Source: Octopus vulgaris (taxonomy: Eukaryota). From it: 64,000 nucleotides of DNA. Location of the stretch: assembly GCA_951406725.2 (NCBI GenBank), contig OX597816.1, forward strand, positions 17,050,001 through 17,114,000, read 5' to 3'. The notes beneath the pieces are model-generated. The model did no database searches and was not told the DNA's origin. It saw nothing but the letters and a program-made list of their open reading frames with translations. Position numbers and translations under genes: made by a program. Shown piece after piece: positions 53,844-64,000 of this stretch (position 1 is the first letter of the stretch; every line of letters begins with the position of its first letter).

Positions 53844-54033
53844 GATATATATGGATGTGTGTGTGTGTTTGTATATATATAGTGTATCTTATGTATATAA
53901 ATAGATGTACAACACCTACTGTTAAGTTAGAGCTCCACATTGATTATCACGGTCAAATCTGCTTCCATTATACTGATTAAGCAACTGTTATATTTAGTAA
54001 TATTATAAGTTATGAAATACAGAGTAAATGTAG

Positions 54034-54228
54034 GAGAAATTACAATAAACACAAGTTTATATTATTAGTATGTTTCACCATTGAACTAAATGCAGTAAAC
54101 TGTTCCTTGATGATCCACTCTGGTAAAGCATCCAAAAGCACTCGGAATATTCAATAAAAGCTTCCAAACAACCATAATGGGGAAAGACAGGTAGAAGCTA
54201 ATAATATAAACTTGTGCTTATTATAATT

Positions 54229-54232
<4 letters not shown>
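54034..54232. repeat. Element bounded by 35-bp inverted repeats
   Basis: 54034-54068 vs 54198-54232, 2 mismatches; right arm abuts (TA)n. Confidence 0.85.
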
Positions 54233-54276
<44 letters not shown>

Positions 54277-54313
54277 TTCCATGGATATAGGTAAGTATTT
54301 CATTTATTTCTTA

Positions 54314-54386
54314 CCATATTTATCACTGACGAGGAGAAAATTCTTATGAATCAACTCTGAAATCAGGGCGAATATGATAATAATGG
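54314..54386 (+). ncRNA. Type I hammerhead ribozyme motif with intact core
   Basis: ccatatttatca-CTGACGA-ggag..ctct-GAAA-tcagggcgaa-TA-tgataataatgg; stem I pairs 10 of 12. Confidence 0.65.
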
Positions 54387-54624
54387 AATTTTTTAGAAAT
54401 TTCTGTCGGCTTACTTTGAGATGCGTGCTTACAGTGATGAATTATATGGTTATTGACGTTTTGTCTATTTTTGGTGTATTTGGCATTAGAATTTTTTCTT
54501 TTGACCTTGTTTATAAGTTGTGTATGTATATATATATATATATGCACACATATATTATATTTTTATGTATAGTATATATATGTATGCTTGTGTGTATATA
54601 TATATATATATGCTGGATATCAAA

Positions 54625-55225
54625 ATTCTAACATCGTGATTGCTGCTCAATACTTTAAAAGCTGTAAAAGCTGGATGATATAACATGGACAACTACAAAG
54701 GAGACTATGAAGTCACTGTGATGGTCTTGGAATGTATCTTTCAGTAAGGTTGAGATCAAGGCCACCCTTAAGCTCAATTTAGATGGCTATGCGAAGCTGG
54801 TGGAGACTGTGATCAACACTGGTTGGAGAGGGTTACTACTGGAAGGGCATGGTTCTGTAGCAGCAGGATTCAGCTACTTACCTCCAGAAGTGGCTGTCAG
54901 AGAATTTGTCCAAGTTCACCAGTCCCAATTTCTGGCCTCATAACTCTCCCAATTATAATCTCTTGGATTACTATGTTTGGCGCTTTGACTTAGGAAGATG
55001 CCAACTGCTCTGTCTGCAACACTAAGGCCAAGGTGGTGACCAAACTCAAAGAGTTATTCAAAGAACTTTCCAGGGATACAATAAAGAATGTATGTTCCAG
55101 GTTCTGGAGCCACCTTGATGCTGCGATGGAAGCTGAGGTCAGGTTCTTTAAGTAAACTGTTATCTCCCAGCCATAATCTGATTGATACTTTTTGAAATTT
55201 TTAAAGATACTTTTATTTTTGGATG
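54625..55225 (+). pseudogene. Tc1/mariner-superfamily (DDxD-type) transposase remnant
   Basis: LKLNLDGYAKLVETVI, QQDSA, QKWLSEN..FWPHNSPNYNLLDYYVW, RFWSHLDAAMEAE..; stop at 55153-55155; frameshifts. Confidence 0.8.
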
Positions 55226-55352
55226 GGATATATATACACACACACACATATACACACCGATATATGTACATACATATATACATTGATACACATATACATA
55301 TATAGACATATGTATATATATATATATAGACATATATAGAGATATATATATA

Positions 55353-55535
55353 GGGCGAGTTTACGAAAAAAACAAAAGACGAAGACAGGTGGTGTACAAA
55401 ACAAACAGATGTATTAGTATAACGTTCAGGAATAGAAAAAGTCTTTTATGTTTCGAGCCTACACTCATCTACAGAAAGGGACACAGAAAACAAGGAGAGA
55501 AAAAAGTGTGTGTAGTGGCTAACGATCTATCATGG
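55353..55535 (-). mobile_element. Probable Penelope-like terminal fragment with hammerhead-like motif at 55443-55478
   Basis: Second copy of the 46178 element; 3' end abuts (TA)n. Confidence 0.65.
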
Positions 55536-55835
55536 CGTCTGACTCAGACAGAAGAGTCAAATACATATACATATGTATGCACATATACATAAAATAAAAT
55601 CTTCGCCTTGAATGATTAGAATCCTGAACGGAAGTGTCCATACCTGTATCATTCAATAATTATAGTCCTCTACTTCCAGGAATACTGAGATCTATCTTTT
55701 GTCATCACACATATTTGCCGATGTATCTGTATGTATGTATTTAAACATATATCTACAGCCACAATGATGTACATATACACATACAGTTATAGACATATAC
55801 ACACACATGTATATATGTGTATGTACATATATACA

Positions 55836-56880
55836 CTCCATTGAGGACAATCTAGCCCTTCTTCTGCTATTGGATTATGGCTTTTAATTTTCTAATATCC
55901 TCCATTTGTTGTCAGTCAGCAACCTTCCCTTCTAATCCCATATATATTTGGTCAGTGTAGCAATGTTTCACTTCTCAGTGCTAGGATATGATGTGAAAAT
56001 CCTTTACTTGAAGCATCTCACCAACAAGCTAATATATTTCTTTGTGTTGGATATGTTGTTTAGTCTCCCCAAGATACACATTGGCCTTTATGTTGCAATG
56101 AATACTTAGCATGCTACAAAGACTGATCCAAGTACTAATAGTGGGTGGAATTGTGTTAAAGCTCACTTTTCAATTATGTACAACTGAAAAGTTTATCCAT
56201 TGAAAGGCTTACTATACCCATGTGTAGTAGGAAAATGTCTATCAACTAACTTACCCATGCTGAACAATAAAAGAGATAGGGGTTGTGAGCTATATAATTT
56301 TGAAGAAACATTGCTTTTGATGGTTTTGGATTTGGTGTGTAAGTGGCCTTCTCTTCAAGCATGCTTGCCACTGTGACATTGTTGTAATAATGGGGCTACC
56401 CTATCAGAGATGTCCTTATTAGAAGAGGGATTTGAAATCCTTTTGCTAACTCCTTTAAGCTTGAACAGCAAGACCGGATGTCAAGATTCATTGTTAATGT
56501 AGGTAAGTTTTAAATTGGGCTTGTGGCAATGTTTGTAGAAGCCAGTGTCTATATCAAATATATTGAAGAAGTTAACCAAGAGCAGGTTCTTAGTAACTAG
56601 TAAAACTGAATAATGCCTTTCCTTAATTTAGCCCATTGGCACTCCCTCTACAACCAGAGTGTCATTCCTGTACAAACCAAACATAGCAGTTGGGAACCTC
56701 CTTTGCAAGGCATCTAATAAGTAAAACCTAATGAGTTTGCAGATTTCAGCACTGTCAAAGGAACCATGTAGGTAGAATTGTCTGACCCTGGCTGAACCCT
56801 TATCGAAGAGGTGGGTCTTCCTGGTATGCTCAGTAACTTCTAGTTGTACCTGGTATATCAACGAAATTTCTGGCAAAATC
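55836..56880 (-). pseudogene. Penelope-like element remnant: RT plus C-terminal GIY-YIG endonuclease
   Basis: GSFDSAEICKLI..GLYRNDTL (ORF 56628-56876); then VNFF..TGFYKHCHKPN..YINNES*HP..KRISN, KLVDRHFP, KYI, TLTKYIWD, KWRIL. Confidence 0.8.
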
Positions 56881-57199
56881 TAGATCTCTTTAGAAACTGA
56901 TGGATAAAAATACGTAACAAGGTGGTAATGTAAGTCTACGAAAATACAAAAAAAAAAAAACCAACAAAAAAAAAACGTAGTTTTACATTGCTTGTTACAC
57001 ACATGGTTTGTTGGAATCTCTGTTATCTGATAATGATGATAAAGTTCGATCAACCGCAGTAAACTGCTCCTGAACAAACGTGTAAGTAGCTGAACATACC
57101 AATAGACAAGTATTCAGAATGAAAGAATCAGAATGATAATGTGAAACAAGACTTTATCTTCTTTTGTATTTCAGGTACAATCCACGCAATGCTCTTCTA

Positions 57200-57352
57200 T
57201 GCTGTCTCTATCAATCCAGTTTCACTTATAAGTTGTAGGCCGATCTAGAGTAATAAAAAATTACATTTTCTCAAGATGCCACTAAACGGTATGGAACCCA
57301 GGACTGCAATGGTTGCAACATGAATGTTGTTTTCATTCAGCCACACTGCGCC
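57200..57352 (-). mobile_element. Family B head, decayed
   Basis: caagatgccact..ggaacccaggac..cagccacactgcgcc. Confidence 0.55.
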
Positions 57353-57560
57353 AATAAATGTGTAAAGGTGTGCGCAGAACTTCTGCGAGAGATGTCTTCC
57401 TTAAATCAAACCCTTCCTTCTTAAATAAAGAAACCACACATTACGACAATGTAGTCCAAGATACACTTAAGAGAGATGATATGGAATGGCTGCAAGCGTT
57501 TTTGATTATAGTTTTGTTTAAACAGGACTGTCTTTCGGTTAAAAGAAATATATATATATA

Positions 57561-57672
57561 GGCCTGCTCGCTTAGCCAGCGGGGTGGCGTCATTTTAAGG
57601 CTAAAACAATGCGAAGCGCATTGTGACCAGCGATGTGTAGCACCATCTCATAGTCTGGTCGGTCACGGTGAT
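57561..57672 (+). mobile_element. Family F 3' tail fragment in (TA)n
   Basis: Reverse complement of 51963-52072; CpGs intact. Confidence 0.8.
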
Positions 57673-57728
57673 ATATATATATATATATATATATATACTT
57701 TATTTTAAGCAGCAGAAAATTCAACAAA

Positions 57729-57770
57729 ATCTGTTACTCTGAGTTTCTCGTTGCCGTTCATCAGACATAT
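57729..57770 (-). ncRNA. Minimal type I hammerhead ribozyme motif
   Basis: atatgt-CTGATGA-acg gcaa cga-GAAA-ctc a gag-TA-acagat; palindromic stem III, GUA triplet. Confidence 0.7.
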
Positions 57771-58769
57771 ATGTGTGTGTGTGTGTGTGTTAATCTAACG
57801 AAGGTGAGCTGGCCTAAACTTCGAAGTCACTGTCTCTACTCGCAAAAGCATAGTAAAATATGTAATCTACAATGAGTATTGAGTAATTTCTTCTGTTTAA
57901 ATCAAAATTACTTTTATCAGAACACGACATAAAAACATTTTCATGTATACATACACAGCCATAAATAGATATGTTCATGTACAGACCTAAGTATATGTGT
58001 GTATGCATGTATATATACCGCGCACATGCAATAAGGAAAAGAATAAAAGAAAGCCAGGTGACAAACTTGCATAAACTAATTAAATACAACAAAATTTTTC
58101 GAAGTATGACTGCACCTACTCGCACCGTCACACACGCACAGTGCGGTATATAGCTTTTAAAAACTTAATGCTAGTAGGATGTGGTTTCAACAGAGAAAGA
58201 AAAAAAGGCATGTCGAGTTTTGGGGAAAAAAAATCACTCATTTCGTAAAGTATATATATGTTCAGACACAAAGAAATAGATGTGCAGCAACAAATATAAA
58301 CGTGAAGGCTCTGAAGACGACCAGAAAATATATATTGATTGGCGTGTATTATATTTAGAAATGTGAAAAATAGTTTGGAAAACTCAAACTAGGCTGGCAC
58401 TAGCTCAATATATATAGACATCTTAATGAAGGAAAAAAAGATGTATAAAAACGATATACAGGTACAAACCCATTGCTTAGATTAGGTATGTGAAATTTAA
58501 CGTCCATGAGAAATTAAGCTCTGCCGTTTGCCGTCTTAATAAAATTGAATAATGTCACATTAAGATAGATACACATAAATTTCTACTCTTGCTTTTCAGA
58601 TTATCATGAGCAATATCGGATTAAGATTTGTTTTTATAAAATGTAGAAAGTTTTTTGGGGGAGTGTTTTTTTTTTTTCGGGGTGGATGGGTTGGTGATGT
58701 TTGTCACATGGCAGTGTGAGGTCGATATTTAGTATTTTACCATTGCAATATATTTTCATCGATGTGGGA

Positions 58770-59095
58770 CATAATCATATTTTTTTCTACTCTAGGCACA
58801 AGGCTCGAAATTTTGGGGGATGGGGACCAGTCGATTAGATTGACTCCGGTACGCAACTGGTACTTAAGGATGAAAGGCAAAGTCGACATCGGCGGAATTT
58901 GAACTCAAAACGTAAAGACAGACGAAATACCTATTTCTTTACTACCCAAACAAGGACAGACAAACTGATTAAGTCGATTGGTACTTATTTAATAGACCCC
59001 GAAAGGATGAAAGGCAAAGTCGACCTTGGCGGAATTTGAACTCAGAACGTAACGGCAGACGAAATACCGCTAAGCATTTCGCCCGGCGTGCTAGT
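58770..59095 (-). mobile_element. Two fused family D copies with different tails
   Basis: aaggatgaaaggcaaagtcgac..ggcggaatttgaactca at ~58867 and ~59003. Confidence 0.85.
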
Positions 59096-59244
59096 GATTG
59101 ATATTTCACCCTGAATGAAATAAATTAGAACATGCACAAACATACACGCTCATACACACACACATATAAGGATAGATAGATCGATAGACAGACAAGTTGT
59201 GGTGCACCTGAGCACTGTATACAATAATTTCATTATTATTATTA

Positions 59245-59600
59245 TAAGTTTCTTTATTGGCCACACAGGGCTGCACACAGATGGGACAAGTTACAAGGTA
59301 GAGCTTTTCTTTTGGGGGATGAAAAAAACAAAAGAAACAAAAGAAAAAGGGGTGGGGTGGCGTAGGTTTTCGATCAAGAGGGATCGTAAAAGGGAAGAAA
59401 AGAACAAAAAAAAATAAATAAAATAAAAAATAAAAAAATGAAAATAAAAAAGAAAAGGAACAAAAGAAAAGAGAAATGAAAAAAGAAGAAATAAAGGGGA
59501 AGAGGAAAAAAAACGATAGATAGATAGCTGGATGGAAGGAGCTGGGGAAGGTGGACAAAAAAGGGAGAGAGAGAAAGAGGGAGTTAGCTGATATGAACAG
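59245..59600 (-). mobile_element. Probable LINE 3' UTR fragment (T-rich on sense strand)
   Basis: Minus strand ends ccttgtaacttgtcccatctgtgtgcagccctgtgtggccAATAAAgaaac, then (TAA)n. Confidence 0.5.
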
Positions 59601-61112
59601 AAATGGGGAGCGAGGGGTACCTAATATATGTAGCAGTTTATTTATTCCAAATGGTGTCATTACTCAAAGTTTCTCAAATACAGCTTCAAAGTGATCGATT
59701 TTATATTGGGCGACGTCGTTATTTCCTTTCTTTACCAGAATTATGAAAAAATCCAGATTGTAAAATGAATTACAATTTGACAATAAAAAGTCCGTTTACT
59801 TTCCTTTTTCTTAACAGGTGGTATATCACTTGCCTACAACTGTCATAAAATATATATACTATAGCGATTATTTTTTGATGTTCATTTTAGTTTTAGTTTT
59901 CCATGAATAAAATATATGGCATTTATAATATTCTCCTTGTCTATCTTAATTTATTTATCAAATGATTTAATGTTGAACAATAAGCGAACAACACAATTTA
60001 CTGGCAAAACACACGCGCACGTACCGACGCATACGCACCGCTCTCTTTCAAACGAATACAAACCATGTGAAGGCTAAATATCGCATGAGGCATATACTAT
60101 GTAAGCATGTATATCGTGCGTTTGTCCTCCTCTGAATCATATACATCCATTGTCTGATGGTGCAAACACACGTGTTTACGAGCATCTGGATTTTCAAGTT
60201 CAAAATCGCACTTGCGCCCGAGTTGAGTAAAAATAGAAAATGAAATATTGGTTTGATATTAGTTCTACCATTAAATAGCTGAATAAAATTTCACACTGGA
60301 TGTTCGTGTGGAGATGAAGTTAGAGGAGAGGTCAAGGTCAATAGTGACTTAAATGAACTGAATTTGATCGAGAATCGAAATCGGCTCTATGATTTAGCGC
60401 ACCGGCTGTTTATCTCTTGATCTAAACGTCTCGCTTGGTAATTTGTTTCTGATGTAGGCACGAAGTATATATTTAAAACCTAGTTGATGGTAGACGGGAC
60501 GTGATGTTCATGCCTTTTCCAACTGCATTGTGACGATTATAAAGGATGAGAGGTATCACTAAAAATAATTTTAGCTGTGCCTGTCGAAGAAAATACGTAG
60601 TCGGAAGATAGGAAGAGGTATTATAATGGAGAGCAGATCAATGATACATTTTAAAAGAAAATAACACATTGTTTGAATAAGGGCGACTCAAATTGAGAGG
60701 CTAGGCGTGAGAGTAATATAGTAGAGTCTTTTTTCTCAGCTTCCCTCACCTATTTACATCCTACATAAGGAGTGAAAAGACTGGATAGAAAACTATTTTT
60801 ATGAATGACAAGCGGTGAAAAGAGGAGAATTTTATTGAAAGTAGGAGAAATATAAACACATTACGAGCGAACACACACAAAAAAAAAAATGAAGTAGAAG
60901 AGGAGGGGGGGAATATATCAGCAAGTTGGGTTGCAAGGATGGTGGGTGGTGCAGGTAAAGTTGAATAAAAAATCAAAGAAACTAAGGCGACTGTGAAGAC
61001 TACTAGTGTAAGGTAAACCAAGGAGATAGAATTTATTTTCTAAATCGGAAAAGCTGACTATTTAGAAACTTGTAAAGTGGTAAATAAGTAAAACGCATCG
61101 TCTTTCATTATA

Positions 61113-61157
<45 letters not shown>

Positions 61158-62307
61158 GTTGTGATTTCGGGGTTTTGTTACTTTTTTTTTGTCTCCGTTA
61201 ATTATCCTTGTAGGGCTGCGACTTAAAAAGAGAGACTTCGGAAGAGAAACAGAGTCGGGATAATTGTTTACAAAATCGATAATTCATTTATTTACCTTTG
61301 CAGCTTACTAAATCCCGAAATAAAATGTTAGAACAAGTGATAATAAAAATGACAATAAAGTAAGAGACATTCCCGGTAGCGGCAACCTAATGAACTCGAG
61401 ATACAATTAAACGTTTCTAAATTTGAAAGTCGCGTTAAGAGTAAAAAAAATGAAGAAGAAGAAGAGATAAAACCCCCACTTGGTTTGTAGGGCTGTCTGT
61501 CGACAAGAGGCATAGAGGTGGGGAGACGATGCTTTAAATTTCTATTGCTCTACTCAGCTGTATAACAGTTAGGGTGTGTTCGAATGCAGCAGGTCCTGAT
61601 AAGTAATAGACTACAGCAGATACAAAAGATTTGAGTTTTTAAAAGAAAAAGGGGAAATGACATTTTAAAGTAGTAAACTTAGTCTGTAAGTGTAAATAAA
61701 GTGTAAGGTGTTTCATAGATTTAGATATGCATTATGCAAAATTAAATTAATGATCAAATAAGAGAAATACGATTCCGAAAGAAATTACAAAAAACCTATA
61801 CTAGAAGCCCGGGTTGCTTAAAACCACCTCAAATCACGCAATGTGGCCGCCTTGGGTATACAAAAAGACGGATTGGTCTAGGCTTGAATATTTTAAATCG
61901 AAAATCTTTTTGAGAGAACTGATTGATAACAATAGTTATAGCAGAAGTTGAATGGGCGAACGTAGATTTGGGGAAGAAAATCAGTGAGCGATAAAATTCT
62001 AAATTAGCACTTGACGCTGATATTTGTTGGCTTTGGGGTTTTGAAAAACTCATTTCTTTTTTTTTTTTTTGTATACATAGCATTGGGTTTTTTTTTGGCT
62101 AGAAGTGAAAGATAATGCCCTGGAAGTTTGCATTGTGTCCAATATCTCGTCCAGGTCATATAAAAATGACAGTATTTTTATTAACATGATTATTTTTTTC
62201 ATCTATATCAAAACTACATTGGAATATAAAACTCCAGACTGCAGTGTACGCATTCGTAACTTGAACACGAATCCACAATATACAAATATACGCATATGTG
62301 TGCATAG

Positions 62308-62338
<31 letters not shown>

Positions 62339-62404
62339 CAGAGAGAGAGAGAAATTGATAGAGAGATAGATAGAGAGAGATTGATAGAGAGAGAGAGAGA
62401 GAGA
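62308..62404. repeat. (GATA)n/(GA)n microsatellite
   Basis: Direct reading. Confidence 0.9.
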
Positions 62405-62847
62405 TGCATAAACTTTGCAGAATTTGAGTGTTCGCGCGCGTGCATGTGTGTGTGTGTATGTGTGTCTGTGTGCACAATCTAAACGAGCATTCTTTTTCTT
62501 TCATTTGTGTACATCTATCTATATATACATATGTACGTATATATTATTATTATTATATTATATTATATTATATTATATAACGATCAATTAAATCAGTGAT
62601 CGGCTGTCAGCAGATACTTGAGTAGGTTACAGCAGGTGCCTCATGTGTACATGACACCTCTGTGGATTGGAACGACGACTAAACAGCTAACAAAAAAAAA
62701 AGGTGAGTAATGAACAGTAAATAATTAAATGCTATCAAACCACTTGCTGAGGGCGTCTTGTTTCCTCGCTGTCTACACAGCAGATACTGTCTCTTTTACA
62801 GAGAATAAATAAATAAATATATATATTTTTTTTTTTTTTTTTTTTTT

Positions 62848-63193
62848 CTTGTTTCAGTCATTTGACTGCGGCCATGCTGGAGCACCGCCTTTAGTCGAGC
62901 AAATCGACCCCGGGACTTATTCTTTGTAAGCCCAGTACTTATTCTATCGGTCTCTTTTGCCGAACCGCTAGGTGACGGGGACGTAAACACACCAGCATCG
63001 GTTGTCAAGCAATGCTAGGGGAACAAACACACACACACACATACACATATATATATATATATACGACAGGCTTCTTTCAGTTTCCGTCTACCAAATCCAC
63101 TCACAAGGCATTGGTCGGCCCGGGGCTATAGCAGAAGACACTTGCCCATGTGGTTGGTTAGCAAGCTACTTACCACACAGCCACTCCTGCGCC
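62848..63193 (-). mobile_element. Family B SINE, CpG-intact, deletion across the B box
   Basis: Reverse complement of 3508-3898; cttgccc|atgtggttgg junction lacks roughly 35 bp; adjoining long T run. Confidence 0.88.
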
Positions 63194-63485
63194 TATGTAT
63201 ATGTATGTATGTATGTATCGAAGCAGCTAATTACGTCGATATTCTAAGTTATTCGGTGGAATTTAAACAAATGGTTTACGAAAACAAAGTGATCCCTTTA
63301 GGAGACGAAATCGAATAAAAAGCATGATCAATAGATAGAAATACTTCTAGCAGACGTTCGGTTTCTTACCGAACTTTTAACACAAACATTATTTGAGAGT
63401 TTAAGTCCATCTTTTTTTTTAAAAACAACAGTGTTTAAAACTTATGCAGGATATAATATTTTTTTTTTTAACATTTCCCAGATAT

Positions 63486-63516
<31 letters not shown>

Positions 63517-64000
63517 GCATAAACTGTACATTGCAGATCGATAACTGCCTGCATATAGTCAAGACTATGTTAAAAAAAAAAAAAAGTGTAAGAATATGTT
63601 AGTTATAGAGTAAAGGAATGCGTGTGTGTACATTCGAACAGAGATCGAATGAGAAACTAGAGGAAGACAGAAAATATATTGATGAGGAAAAAAGGAAAGG
63701 GAAAGAGGTTTATTGGAAAGTATGAGAGAAGTGATATGAAGGATGTCAACGAGTGCAAAATGTACATATTTTCTAGTTCTGTGTAAAAATGCCGAAAATA
63801 TCTTCACATCGGAGTCCTGACAGGGGGAGTTCTCGATCGACTTGAAGCTTTTCGCCTCTTGTGTCTGTTAGTGAATTAAGTAAACGCCACTAAGATACTA
63901 CTACTGTGAGAGAAAACGCATCGATCCGACTTATCTTTCCACCCCTTGTAGAAAGAAATTGGCCTTGTACCCGATCAAAACAGAACTAGCGATGCGCGGC

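Noticed and set aside
56481-56483. In-frame TGA in the PLE remnant as selenocysteine
   Set aside because: Falls at the N of an S-N-H-P-type motif in a heavily frameshifted copy; ordinary decay
57175-57249. Plus-strand exon after tttgtatttcag
   Set aside because: Stops in all three frames and overlaps a decayed family B copy
59106-59660. 184-aa F/L-rich ORF
   Set aside because: Low-complexity T-rich strand of a probable retroposon 3' UTR

Overview
AT-rich, microsatellite-dense eukaryotic DNA. The repeat families look like those of Octopus; this is an inference from recall, not a database result. No host protein-coding exon could be supported, and nearly all listed ORFs are microsatellite or repeat artefacts. 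The window holds several modular SINE-like families (my labels A, B, D, F, G), four non-autonomous Helitrons clustered at 2.7-10.6 kb and a piggyBac-type MITE. It also holds decayed RTE-like LINE pieces, a 5'-truncated R4/Dong-like LINE in a (TAA)n tract (42-44 kb), a Tc1/mariner remnant and a Penelope-like RT + GIY-YIG remnant (55.8-56.9 kb). A compact CpG-rich promoter-like island sits at about 7.9-8.5 kb, and CpG content steps up at about 57 kb. The most unusual signal is six type I hammerhead-ribozyme-like motifs from about five distinct short elements embedded in microsatellites. Five lie within 46-58 kb near the Penelope-like remnant: two have intact catalytic cores and two share a variant CUGUAGA core. 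Other highlights are a 73-bp-arm hairpin with a conserved loop-proximal stem (14.5 kb) and a 42-bp target-site duplication (45 kb). Boundaries of decayed repeats are approximate.
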